From positions 24,682,401-24,746,400 of the forward strand of contig CM120641.1 in assembly GCA_051362555.1 (NCBI GenBank): DNA of 64,000 nucleotides, written 5' to 3'. Source of the stretch: Lingula anatina (taxonomy: Eukaryota > Animalia > Brachiopoda). The translations under genes were made by a program, and so were the position numbers. Numbering within the stretch: position 1 is the stretch's first letter; every line of letters begins with the position of its first letter. Under the pieces are notes generated by a model. The model was not told the DNA's origin and ran no database searches. It saw only the letters and a list, made by a program, of their open reading frames with translations. Shown one piece after another: positions 27,359 to 40,489 of this stretch.

Positions 27359-29365
27359 GATGTTGTTTTAGCTTTGGTTTAATTTTCTAGTTTTTAAGTA
27401 AAAACCAACTTTTGGCTGGTGTTTTGTAAACTGGTCTTCAGACAGTATTTCATCATACAATATGCTTTGGCAATGGGGAACAACTATCTCAAAATATCAT
27501 GTAAAACAATGGCATTGGCAGTGAAAAATCATTACCAATGGCATTCTGTGCTGCATTCTTTCTGTCATTGGAACCAGTCACCATGTAAGGATTTCTGTTG
27601 TTAAACGTTTTCAAATTCTGTGCTGCAGGGAAATCAGCAAGGAGGAACATCTTATAATGAAGTGTGCCATGCTGTAATTGTGTCAATACCAAACCAATAG
27701 CTTTGTTAACCAAAGGGGTGTCGGGGGACAGCAAATTTATGAACACAGCTGTTGTTGGACTGCAATTTTTTCAATTCAGTGCTGCCTCTGGTTTCTTCAC
27801 ATGTGATTAGCAAACAATATGCTTTGTTTCAGTGTATCAATCTCAGCTAAAATACCATGGGCAAATTTTCATGACAGCATTGTCAGACTATGTCTCACAG
27901 GTTATGGGTAAAATGTATATTTCAGCCCATCAAAGGGTATGTGTAAATGCATTGGCATTCCCTGCAGCAGAGAAATCATTGATGACACAGAGCATTCATG
28001 ACATGCTATGTTCATCACATCTTTAGGGCATACAATTCTGTGAAAATGTCAGTTGGGGAAATACTATACAACGATATTTGAAAGAGGATTACATTATTTT
28101 CTTTGAAAATTTGGACAAAGCTACGAGACAGCACCATATGTGACACAGGGGTGGTACAGCATATAAAATGACCTTGTATTCACTTTTCATGAAATTGACA
28201 TTTTCATACATTATAAAAACAATCATGACATAACATGAGGTGTTACACAGTTCCTTTTTGATTTTTTCATTTCTTTGATCATTTTTGATTAATATTTTGG
28301 TGTTTGATATAAGAAACTTTTTTCATAAAAATTATTTTCCAAATATGTGGTTTCTTGTGATTGAGGGCAGTTGTATCTGTGTTATGGGATTTTATATTGT
28401 TATTACATGGTTTTGGATTTTTTCTATAAATTTCTTATAATTTCTATAAATTGTGTCTAGTACTTTGTTAGCAAATCATTGCCAATTTATTCTAGTAGAC
28501 TGTCCCTGAAAGACATAAACGACAAATCAGAATTGATACGTATGGTGCTATTTTCCTAAAGGTTTTGCGCATGGGATAATGTTGGCTTTTAAAATGTTTC
28601 TTACAGAGGATCTGACTTATCACTGTGTGGGGCCTTTAAACTACATGAACTTTGGGCATTTTATTAATTATTATAATATTTATTAATTATTATTATTTTA
28701 TTTATTTATATTTTGTCAATGTATATCATGATGGTCATTATGTTTAAATTAAAATTGTAGCAGAGTAACAACCTCAATATCTGGTTGACAACCACTGAAG
28801 GGATTGAAATGGGCAGAAAACACCAACACTGTAATCTTTTTTAGGTTCCAGAAAGTGACATTCTACCTTGCTCCAGAAAGAGACATTCTACCTTGAAATA
28901 ATTACATTTGTGTACCCATTCTGTGATATAATTGGATATTCATGGGATGTATAGAGACAAGGAGTATATCACTGTTGACCCATTTTTGGCAAATTGATGA
29001 AAAAAGTGATTTGAAAACTTACGATTTGTTTCTTGGGTTAAAACGCAATACTGATAATTCGTGTGAATGTCACTTTTTTTTTCAAATTGTATAGTTTTGT
29101 GCCAAAATCCCATATATGACTATAACTTTTAAAGTTGAATCACCAGTGATTATGCATTAAAGATACTGTCATTGATGGATCTGAAGTAAGATAAAGATCA
29201 TATGCTAATGTGAACCAAGTTTTGCCCTGATCAGTATTTTCATTTCCAGGTGTGTAGGTATTTGTGTACTATGTGTGTTATTTTGCTATATGTAATAAAT
29301 TTTTTAAAAATCTCTGAAAATTTTTTATCTAAGCCTGGAAAGTATCTGTGCTTAGGGAAAGCTAA

Positions 29366-29655
29366 GGCCGCGTTCACATCGAGTTGAGCCATGGGTCTTC
29401 AAAGCCACGACCTAAATATGGCGGACGTACATGAAAGGAAAAACTCCTAATCTTTTAATAGTCTCCCCGCCTCCCCATGCGTCGTCCCTGCGGGGGTACA
29501 GTCATTAAATCTCGGCTCCATTGGGACGACACATGGGGAGGCGTGTGAGAGGCGGAGAGACAATTAAAAGATTAGGCAGCTTCCTTTCATGTACATCCGC
29601 CATATTTAAGTCGTGGCTTTGTAGAGCCATGGCTCAACTCAATGTGAATGCGGCC
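29366..29655. mobile_element. Foldback MITE (PIF/Harbinger/Tourist-like)
   Basis: TAA-GGCCGCGTTCACA ... TGTGAATGCGGCC-TAA; arms are complementary over more than 100 bp; TAA target duplication. Confidence 0.9.
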
Positions 29656-30369
29656 TAACAAGAGGAACTAATCTGACTTACAGTATAATATTAATGGCAA
29701 GCCTAAACAGGATTTTCTTAAATCCCTGTAACATCATCAGTTGAGAAGTCACAAATGAGAACAATCTAAAGCAAGAAAACAATTACAAAATCATGTCACA
29801 AATCAGCATAACATACATTAAAGATCGGATTATTAGAAACACGCAATTTATTCTTTAACGCATGCAATTTAAGTTTGTGTCCAATTATTTGAAGTTTAGA
29901 AGGATGTGCGCTTTAATAAATGAAGGAGTAAGATTGTGAACCACAAACCAGTCATCAACACTTTCAGTACTTTAAAAACTGATATTTATTACAGCATGAT
30001 GAGTAATCATCCAAATACAATTCACACTTGGAACGTGTTGTCTTGGATGTACATTTATGGTATTATCTAAAGATGTGATGTTTTAAAAAGTTTCGTCTAT
30101 CCTAAACTATCCATAACCAATAAATAAGTAATAATTAACATGAAGCCTGGTTTGTAATAGTCTAGAATAAAACATCAGAAAGCATTGTCCTTTGACTCCG
30201 TGCATACTTCTGTGACGTCCAACAACACCTCTACCCCTTCATAAAAAACGGTCTACCATGATGGAATGCTACTGTGCACAATGCACTGCAACTTGGATGT
30301 GACTGGAAATGAGATAACTCCCTCAGCTATTGGAAACGTTCCCACTGCTGAGCTCGTTGGGGGACTGAG

Positions 30370-33300
30370 TCAGTTATTTTCATCAGTCTGGGCCATGTAG
30401 GCATCCAATTCAGCATCCAGGTGAGCCTTGGTTTTAGACATGTAAGCATCCAACTGGTTATCTAATGTCTCTTTAGAAACTTGACCTCCGCCTCCACGGC
30501 CTCTGCCCCCTCCTCCGCGACCTCGCCCACCTCCACGTCCTCTAGTGCCTCTTCTTCCACGGAAACCACCTCTACCACGGTACCTATAACAAACCATTCA
30601 CTTAAAGCCTGTTGTCTGGAAATGTGTAATTTAATCATTTAGAATTTTATTACACACAACAGCCCTGAAAGCAAATGACCCACAGTCTGGTTACTACTCT
30701 TTATTAGATACCTACATTTTACTGCATAGTTCTAGACAACTGAAATGTAAAATTTCAAAATTACAGACATGAATTATATAAAGTTTCTTAACTTTTAACA
30801 CCATCTGTAATTTAAGAATCACCCATCAAAAATGCGTTTTCTAATTCTTCCATGCCAAATAGACTGAAAAAATTGTTTGAAGCTACTGCATACAAATAAA
30901 GGGGAAAAATCGATCACAAAACACATTTTAAATATATTAATTCTAGGAATTAGAAAATAAAATTCGGGTCACTCCTTGGAGGCAGTTATGAATCCTAAGC
31001 AGAGTTTAAACATACTACAAAAGAAAAACAAGAGGCATATCATGGTTACTTTTGAATTTGGATTCTTTAATGCCAAAATCTAAACAGAACAAGCTGCAAC
31101 ATTTGAAGAAAGTGATAGCTTAAATCAACGAAGTACTTCCATGCATATTCTTGTTTATTCATCTCAAACAAGTTTATTCTGCAACACGTCTTTCATTACA
31201 TATTTCACATACGTTGAAACTGAATCAAAATCAAAGGTTAGTTGGCATCAATGCTTCTAAATTAGCAAACACTGAATATCATCATCTAATCATTAGTAAA
31301 AACAATATTCAGATTGTTATCAACAAAACACTGGATAGGGTTCCTGAAAAAAAAAAAAGGAAAACTGTTTAATAGTAGTTTTCCGTGCATAAACCGCTGC
31401 ATGCAGGGAACACGCCCCCTTACGTGTCACCAGACTCGCTGTTGTCCATCCATGGACGCCCTCTGCGCCACGTGTTTTTGTTTCCTCTTCTTCCACGACC
31501 TCTCTCAGAGTCTTGGCTGTGGCAATAAATGAGGTTCAAATGAGCAGAAAAGATGTCTACCTTTGAAATGAGATTGCTCTTATGTTGGCTTAAACAAATG
31601 TTGGATTAATTGAAAATGTATAAAATTGGGCCTGACACCACTGTTGGAAAGAATTTTCCATATACTCCTTTATAAAATGTCAACAAACATTAACATAATT
31701 TCTCCTTTTTCAATTATTACAAGTTTTTAACAATTGACTTTTTCAAAAATAAACAGTAAAGAGCTGTAGTAAAGCAGAACATCAAAGCAGATTTAAAGGA
31801 TGCATGCTTAATTTTGGATTTTAACATTGCAAACAAAAAGGAATCAAGTTGCCCCTCCTTGAAGTCACTCCTTTTTTTTTTTTTTTTGGTGAATATGGTT
31901 TTTAGACTATGATATGTCTCATGCATTTTTTGTTAAGAAAACTGATTTGGATCGTTTATAATTTTGTTTCTGGCCAAAGAATGAAGTCTGAATGAATCTA
32001 TTCTCACATGCCCCACAACAAAAAACAACTTCAGAATCCCAACAAACTTAAATTATTCTACAAATCTTTTTGAATCTTTGCACTAAATGTTACATTCATC
32101 AGCCCTCTCTTCCCCTCTCTTAAAATTTGAATCTTTTTCCATCAAAAGATTTGTAGCATAAAGTTCATGGGATTCAAACTAAACAGAAGCATCCTGTATA
32201 AGTACTGCCAAGCTGTCTGCCTTACTGATATCTCCAAGATCCCCTCTGAGAACCACGTCCTCTAGGTCTCTCACCACGGAATGGAAAGAAACCTCCATCT
32301 TCATATCTACAAGTTGTCAAGATGGTTTCATAAAAGTTGGATAATTTTTTCTAAACAGAAGAAGATTCTGCCATGAAAAATAACAATGGACTTCAATTTG
32401 TACTATAATGCAGTAGCCTACAAGTTGGCAGGTTGTCCTTGTTCCTACCCCAATACCTGCAGCTTTCCTACCTGTTTATTCCTCCAAATCCTCCACCACG
32501 TGGTCTGAAGGCTCCCCTTCCACGCCTAGCACCCCTGCCTAGAATAGCATTCAAAAAGTAATAAGTAGAAATAATTGCAAGTAAATATTTTTTAATATAA
32601 ATGCCATTCAAACTCATAAAAAAATAAGAGTTCAATTACAATGAGCAAGAGTTAAGGCTGTATATCTTAGATCAATGTACTTCAAAATCAATTTTATCTA
32701 GATAAAAAGATAAAGCAGTTCATTGTAAATTAACCTCTGGTGTGAGAGGAGTTGGTGTTGTACATTATGTTGACCATACTAAAGCTTACCTCCTCTAAAC
32801 CCTCCTCTTCCTCTGGTAGGACTGCCCACAAGTGAGTTGTCCCCACTGCCTGATGTGTTCAATCTTTCCCTGCCACCTCCTCTACCCCTCCCCCCTCTCC
32901 ATGGTCGCCGCCCACTCTGGTTCCCTCCACGTCCTCCTGTATTTGCGCCACGCCCACCAGGCCCTCCTCTGCCACGCCCACCTCTATTTGGAGGTAGCGT
33001 CAGTCTGGATTTGACATTGTTGTTGCCCAGTCTTTGTTGTAAGCTTCTCTACAATAACAGTGCTAACGTGAATATCTTTTTGTAGTAAAACACAACTTTC
33101 ATTGCAAATTTATGTCATCATTTTCCATCACAGAAATGATACATAAAACATGTTTTAAAGAAGGTGGAAAGAATAGATGAAGCACTGATTCTATCTGTCA
33201 TTAACATTTAGATCACTTATGATGTTCTCTTTACTAAAACAATAAAACACTATAAAAGACTACCTTTTTAAGTCTCAAGGCTGCCTGAACAATGGGCCTG

Positions 33301-34628
33301 TTCCCCATCTGTTGGGCTAGTCGCCTGTTCTTAGAGGAAGCTTGCTGCTGGGCTGCCATTTTGGTCCGTATTTGTTGGACAGGAGACGGTTTCTGTATGT
33401 TGCTGAAGCTTTACGGGTGAACAGAAGCAATTCAGTAGCTGTAATTGACTCACAGTGACAGCTTTCACAACAAAAATTAAATGACAAAAAGAGGATTTTA
33501 GAAAGCAAGAAAATAGGTTAGATGATGTTGATGGGCTGAGGCAAAAGGATAATCAAAAGTGTTACAATGATCAAAACCAACCCAGGGGGTGATAAAATAA
33601 AAGGATCAAAATTGAGCAAAGACCTGCTAAAGAAAAGCTAAATTATGATTAATTCCATTCACATAAGATAATTGCTTTAAAAAAATTAACAGTCACAAGA
33701 GGTTAAGTTTGAAGAAGAATGGAATGATTTTTATCACACTGAAAAGCTATGAATGTTTTTTAAAATGGAAATGATGCTTTAATATTTTAGCCCTGAAGAA
33801 TGTGAAGGTGTGTATGTGTGCCAAGAAACTGATGAATAACAAATGGATCTTAAAGAAAGAATTGCACAGTTTGACACTGGTGCGTATGTACGTGCGAGAG
33901 AGACATTGATGATATGATGAATGAATTATGCAGGAATTTTTGACAACAGAACAAGGTTGGAAAAATATGGAAGATAACAGAAAAAAGTTAAGTATCAAAC
34001 CTATGAAAAACGACAAGAAATCATTTAGAAAACATGGTACTGTTTCATGATGTTGAAAAACCATGATCAATAATTAGAAATTATGTGTGAAAAGAAAGAA
34101 AAAGAGAGGAGAGGGAATCACTGCTGCTGCCACTTACTACTCACACAAGCCCCAGGCTCTGCAAGCTGGACAACAGAAACAGTGTTGAACTCTGGCCTAC
34201 ATTGCTTCAGCACAGAACTTGGTGGGATGAACCATCTCCATTGTTTGGTGAGAACCTGATGGGAAGATTTGCCATGCCATTATAAAAACAATATTGGCAA
34301 ACCAAAGCCAACAGCATGACCATGCAGTCACCACCAAGCTTCTACACATTAAAAACATGTAGCTAGCTTTGTGCAAAACAATCTACAATGTTCAGGTGAC
34401 AAACTTAACTGTTTGTGGCAGCAGTCTTACATGTTTCTCATTAATTCATGCACTAGGTACATAATAAGAGTATAGATCTTTTGATCTTTTTTTTTTGCAT
34501 CTGATTTTCTTTAATGCTGCCATTTCTTTTTGCATGTTTCAATAGTTGCTTAATATGGGTTCTCACCGATCATTAAGAGAGATTTTTGTTGTGCTTTTGA
34601 GCACAACTTTTGCTGGAACTGATGCCAT
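30370..34628 (-). CDS. CHTOP: Chromatin target of PRMT1 (CHTOP/FOP), RGG-rich TREX-associated protein
   Basis: Exon 34628-34567 [21 protein letters not shown]; 33408-33264 FSNIQ...[26 protein letters not shown]; RGG exons at about 33048-32790, 32538-32472, 32306-32226 and 31516-31424; last exon has the duplicated C-terminal motif [24 protein letters not shown]. Confidence 0.92.
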
Positions 34629-34736
34629 GGTATTTCTTGGATAGTCGCCCAATACCTCTCTGATCTGAAGCGATGCTAAGGATTTTTAAATAAGTAGACT
34701 TGAAATTTTCAACATAAAAACCTACAATAGATACGT

Positions 34737-34772
<36 letters not shown>

Positions 34773-34889
34773 TACTTTATACAGCTATACTTTACACATT
34801 TCAAAAAGATACATTTCCCTTGGTTCAGTGTCTCTTAACTATCAAGATGTCGGTGGATTTATCCAATTATCTCCTAGCTGTCAAACTAC

Positions 34890-35410
34890 CCAAATATGGC
34901 GTCTTCTGAATATTCATCCCGCACTTAAATTGTATACAAATTACTTTCCAATCACGTATTCATATATTTATATTTTCATGAAATGGTAATTTTTAATAAC
35001 ATTTCTGACTATATCTGTTAAGATAAAATTGTAAGTATTAGTAATTTGTATTCATAAAAATGGACAATTGCTGGACAATTCCGTTCACTTCTGTGCTGAG
35101 TCCATTGTTATTTAAGGGGTGAAAGGATACATTTCACAGAAAATACTGCAAGTAAACAAAAGTTAAAAAACCAAAAGTTATCAAAAAATAAATAATAACC
35201 TTTTCATAAATATATACACACCTTTATCAAGTGTTCGATGACAATTTTTATTTTTACTCATTTTTCTTTTTGAACAATATCCCCCTAACAACCTCGTGAC
35301 GACAGCAACAACAACGTGGAGGCCATTTTGCATTGAAGATCGAAGTTTTCACGGCCAAGTCTGATACAACTACTTTTATTTACATATTATCACAGACACA
35401 GATACGAAAA
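34890..35410. promoter_or_regulatory. Bidirectional promoter CHTOP/MNS1 with candidate RFX X-box and forkhead site
   Basis: GTGACGACAGCAAC at 35296-35309 resembles the X-box; GTAAACA at about 35152; YY1-like GCCATTTT at about 35322 and, on the minus strand, GCCATATT at about 34895. Confidence 0.5.
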
Positions 35411-36219
35411 TGGTAAGTATTTTATGACCTTTTGATAACTTTTCTTATCTTTTATGGGCCCAATATAATTTTATACAATGGGCGTGCTCTAGCATCACGA
35501 TCCAAGCAGAACTGGTCCTCAGTCAGTAAATAACACAGAATGACATAAGGGAAATGAACAATTTCAAGCTGTTCAGAGGGCTGACAGTGATAATTAACAT
35601 TGTTAAGGTGTTTGCTTTTAGTTTATTTGTCAGGAAAAGAGCTCAAGCCTTTACTTTTTGACCTTAAGTAGTACCAACAGTATACATTTATGCCGAGTAT
35701 GATATATGATTCAAAATGTAAATTTACCACAAGGTAAACATTTGCAGAGCATCAAATCCAGATATATTCTTTAAATGTTTACAAAAATACATTTAAGTGA
35801 ACATGAAATATTCTTTTAGACGACAGTCAGGCGAGTGACGCATGCTCACCAGGAGCAGATGCGCCAACAGAAAAGAAGGCAAGAAGAATTTAGAGAAGAC
35901 ACAATAAAGAACCTTGGACACGAAAAACTCTTGCAAGCTAACATGGATAGTGAAGACAAAGTAGAAGATAAACGATTTATCAGAAGGATGCAGCTAGAAC
36001 AGAAAGAAAGAGAAATGAATGAAGCAATTGAAAAAGCAGAAAGAGACAGAATACTTAAAGCACGTCAGTTAGACCAAGAAGAAAGGATGGCATTGGAGTT
36101 GGAAAGAATAAAATTGGAATCCTTAAGAGATGAAAAGATGAGACAACAAATTAGAGAAAACAGGTATGTAAATGCTTGGTAGTCTTTGTCTATCCACACA
36201 TTACATAATTACACAATAA

Positions 36220-36261
<42 letters not shown>

Positions 36262-39200
36262 GGGAGCATAATCATTTATACCATTCTGTTCAAATTAAGG
36301 TTTACTGATGTTTCAAAATGTCTTAAAACTTAATTGTTATACTGATGTGTGTTTTTTTCTTGTTTGATATTATGTAAAGACTTAATATGCTTTTGTTATA
36401 ACTAATGAATATTACCTGGAGGAATTTATATGTATTGGTGAATCATGGTGACTTCATGACAGAAACTAAAGTTGATTCTTTGATAATATATTAAATTAAT
36501 ATTGGTGATGACTTTCAGTCTGGAGTTAAGAGAATTAGAGGCAAAACTAAAGAATGCATATATGAACAAAGAAAGAACAGCACAGATAGCAGAAAAAGAA
36601 GCACTGAAGTATGACAAAATGGTAAGTATAAACCCTCTGAAATACAAATCTATTTATTGAGAGCTTACAATATTTGATACGATTTTTAGCATTTTGATGG
36701 AATGACAACAATGACATATTTGAATAACACACCTATTGACAGTTCAGTTTACTCTCAGTCTCTTGTGATAATTTTTACATTTCAAAATAGGCCATATTGG
36801 GCTATTCAATAAAAAAGATACAGTTCCTTATTATGTGGTGGTAATCCTCATAGCTCATAAAGCTAGGATATTCCATATCTGCATATCTGTCTTACTTCAG
36901 GCTCGTGATTCTGAGATTGCACGTAAAATGAAGGAAGAGCACCAACGTGCTGCAGATGCTGAGTACCAAAGAGAAGTAGAGAGATACCAAGAACAAGTGC
37001 GTTATCAGCAGGAGCTAGAGAGACAATTAGAGGTGGGTAATATTTGTTAGCTATGTTGTGTTGTAAATAAAGCACAAATGAAACAAAATTAGTGAACTTT
37101 ATAACCATATAATGTCTTCATTTCTAAGATGGATGCATACATTTAATCAAAATTACCATCTAAAAAATAACTTTTCCCAGTTCACTACAGGAAATGACTT
37201 AAAATATTTCCATTCAGGATAATATATGTGAAAGTATTTTATTATCAAAAAAAGTATTTTTGGACATGTCTGAACAAATAGAATATTATACTTTAAGGAG
37301 CAAGAAATCAAGAAACAACAAGCCTATGAAGAGTTCCTAAAGGAGAAACTGATGATTGATGAGATTGTCAGGAAGATTTATGATGAGGATGAAAGGTATG
37401 GTTGCTGAATCATTAATAGGAAATCATATCACAAAAGGAATTTTTAAAAATTTAAAGAAAAATAACATTACATTACCAGTTCAACATGTTTTGTCAATGA
37501 TTTTGACTCTGGTGATGTACATACTTGTGACAAGTGAAAAGTAAGAAGAATATTTTTTCATGACCTAAATTTGCCATATTTTCTAGTAATTTTAAACATT
37601 AGTATCAAATTCAATTCTTAATTTAGAGAGAGGCAGATGCATTATGAGAAGCAACGAGCAACACAGGCTTATATTGAAGAATTCATGAAAGCGCGTCATG
37701 AATGGAAAATATTGGAGAAGGAAAGAATGGAGGAAGAGAACAAGAAGATTATGGCATTTGCCAATCTACAACAGCAGAGAGAGGAGGCAAGGCAGGAGGA
37801 GAAGAAACAGAGGGAAGAGGCTATGGCTAAAGTACAGGCTAAGGTAAATATAAGACCTATGACAATGTTCATGTTGTTTTGCTTTTTATTTTAAAATATT
37901 TTTATTATTATTATTATGCATAATAGATTGATATTATATTTAATTGTTTCATTTGTTTCTCTGAAAAAAATTGAAGTTTAAAATCAAAAGAAGCAAACAA
38001 TATAATAATTCAACATATATTAGAATACAAAATGCAGGTAAAAGTATTTTGATAATATGGGCCATGTTTGTGTAATTCCATATATTCTCATTTTACAGCT
38101 GGCTAACCAAATCGCAGAAGAAGAACGTCTGCGTGATGAAATGGAAAGAGTTCGGGAAGAACTGTACTTCGAAGAGCAAGAAGAAGCAGAAAGACAAAAA
38201 GAAAAGGTAATTTATTAACACAGCAATGGTTTTTCTATTATGAATTCTGAATTCTGAATGTTTGAACTTTATTTACCTTTGCTAAGTTCATATTTTGGGG
38301 AAAATGTCCAATCTCTTCATAACCAGAATAATATCTTAGTTTGTGTCTGGTGTGGAAGAGTTATTTTTAAATAATATATAGGCACACATTGTGGGATTGC
38401 CTGAAATTTAATAACTTTATTTCTTTTTAAGGCTGCGATTGAGCGACAACTGCGTGAAAGACTGGAGCTCCAGAGACAACACGCTGAGCAGATGAGGTAC
38501 AAAGCCATGCGTCAGCAGGCAGAGAAAGAGGAAGAAGATGAGTTCAGAAGACAGGTATGGAAGACAAATTTTCATCAGTACAGAAAACTGATACCAGTTT
38601 TTCAGTCCTTATTATACTTTAACGATTAACTGTTGCATTAAAAAAAATAAATTGATGTTATGAAGCATTTAGCATTTGAAGTTTACAACAAAACTTTAAC
38701 AAGTACAGTGTACAAATTTTCAATAGTAAATACTCTGTTTTATATCTGGTGCCTCAAATTCTTATTTCTGTTATTCTAAATTTCAGATGTTGGCCAAATT
38801 TGCAGAGGATGACCGAATAGAGCAGATGAATGCTCAGAAACGTCGCATGAAGCAGTTAGAACACAAGCGTGCTGTAGAACAGTTGATTGAGGACAGAAGG
38901 AAGCAGTTCTCAGCAGACAGAGTAAGTATCTCATATTTTCCCCGTGTTCTGGATTGAAATCATGATTTAAGGAGCCAAAGGAGGTTTTGACATCAAAATT
39001 GAAAACTAATTCAAGAAACAGAACTTTTTTTTTAATATGACAATCTGCATGAAGGAGAAATATATAATTTTCTTCAGTATTTTTGGCATAATTCTTCGGT
39101 GCATTAGACAACTCTTGCAGGAGGTATGGCACAATTGTTAAATTCTGTTGACTTATTTTCTTCTAGGAAAGGGAATTGGAAGAGCGCAGGTTGGAGGAAC

Positions 39201-39424
39201 AGATGGAGGCATTCCGCAAACAGATCATCGAGGAGGAGAGACAGAAGTTGTTGCGAGAGCATGCCATACGTTTACTGGGCTACCTGCCAAAGGGTGTCAT
39301 CAGAGATACAGGTGACTTGGCCATGCTGGGCTCAGATTTCCAGGAGCAGTACAAGAAACGCCAGATTGACCCATTTGATGATGAGGCATGGGAGGCTGGG
39401 GCAGGGTCTCAGTCTAGGAAGTAA
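35410..39424 (+). CDS. MNS1: Meiosis-specific nuclear structural protein 1 (TPH-domain ciliary microtubule inner protein)
   Basis: ATG-only first coding exon (35410-35412, donor GTAAGT), then exons at about 35820-36163, 36519-36621, 36901-37032, 37298-37395, 37627-37843, 38099-38206, 38432-38554, 38787-38920, 39166-39424. Motifs RDEKMRQQIRENSLELRELEAKL..AYMNKER, MLAKFAEDDRIEQMNAQKRRMKQLEH and LLGYLPKGV. Confidence 0.92.
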
Positions 39425-40489
39425 TCTTTCATTTCCTCTGTTTTCTGATAGTCTGTGATCTGGAACATTCCTCAGCTGTCATGACATTGGGACTGGTTAT
39501 TATGGAATAAGTTGTTACAGAGACAGCACCAGTTCTAATTACAAGGTGTAATGTCTTTGGATATCTGGCATGTTCAATGTGAATTTAGCTTGCCCTATGA
39601 TAGGGATGTGCATGGTATTGGTCTGTCCATTGTAAGAGTATGGTAAAGATTTATACACAAGAAACATTTGTTTTTATACTGCTACCCGTCCAAGAGATAA
39701 ACAGCCAGATTTGTATTGAATCCCAAATGAATATTTATACAGTTGTAAATAAATTGTTTATTATGATTCGTATTGGTGGGTAAAATTGATCAGATATTTG
39801 CTCCGTGAAAAAAAATCCTTTAATGATTGTCCAGTAAGCATTGTATATTTTGTATAAAAACCGTGAGTAAAAAAATGAAAAATAAAAAAATCTTTACACA
39901 AGTTACTTTTCATTCTTACATTCTTTTTTGTGCTTAGAAAGTTTCATATCTTGCTGTAAAAAAAAAAAATGAGGATGCTTTGGGTAGATGAGAACACATC
40001 AAACATGCAATTACAAAATTTTTTACTATGCCCCTTTTAGTTGTTGGTTAACAGCTCTGCTGCATCGGGTTTTTTTTCCTAAAAGAATACTGTATTGCGA
40101 ACATTAGCCAGTAAAACAGTTTTTAATATTTAATTACAAGCAGCATGAAAAAATTAAATAAGAGCTGTACTTTAGTAAGTTAAGACAAAGTCTGAGGTGT
40201 ATAATCTGTCATAACAAGTTTGTCAACTTTTATTATTACTCAGAATTAGACATACATATATCAAAAAGTTAAACCAGATATCTTGAAATGGTGAGTACTG
40301 ACATAAATTTTGTTAAATTCTCATTCAACAGGTAAACTTGATATACATAGATTTGGAACCTATTTTAATTCACATTTCAAATTTCCTTTAATATCATTTG
40401 TCTTTTAAAAAACCAAAATTCAAATTTCATAAAGTTCTTGACTTGACAAGGAGAGTTTCCTTCTTAATTTGTATACAATCTAATGTCCT

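Noticed and set aside
28846-28896. 25-bp tandem duplication in the presumed kelch 3' UTR
   Set aside because: Ordinary slippage duplication with no sign of function.
30600-34560. Intronic snoRNAs or U12-type introns
   Set aside because: No convincing box C/D pair with a terminal stem, and no RTATCCT donor seen by eye. A covariance-model search would be needed to exclude them.
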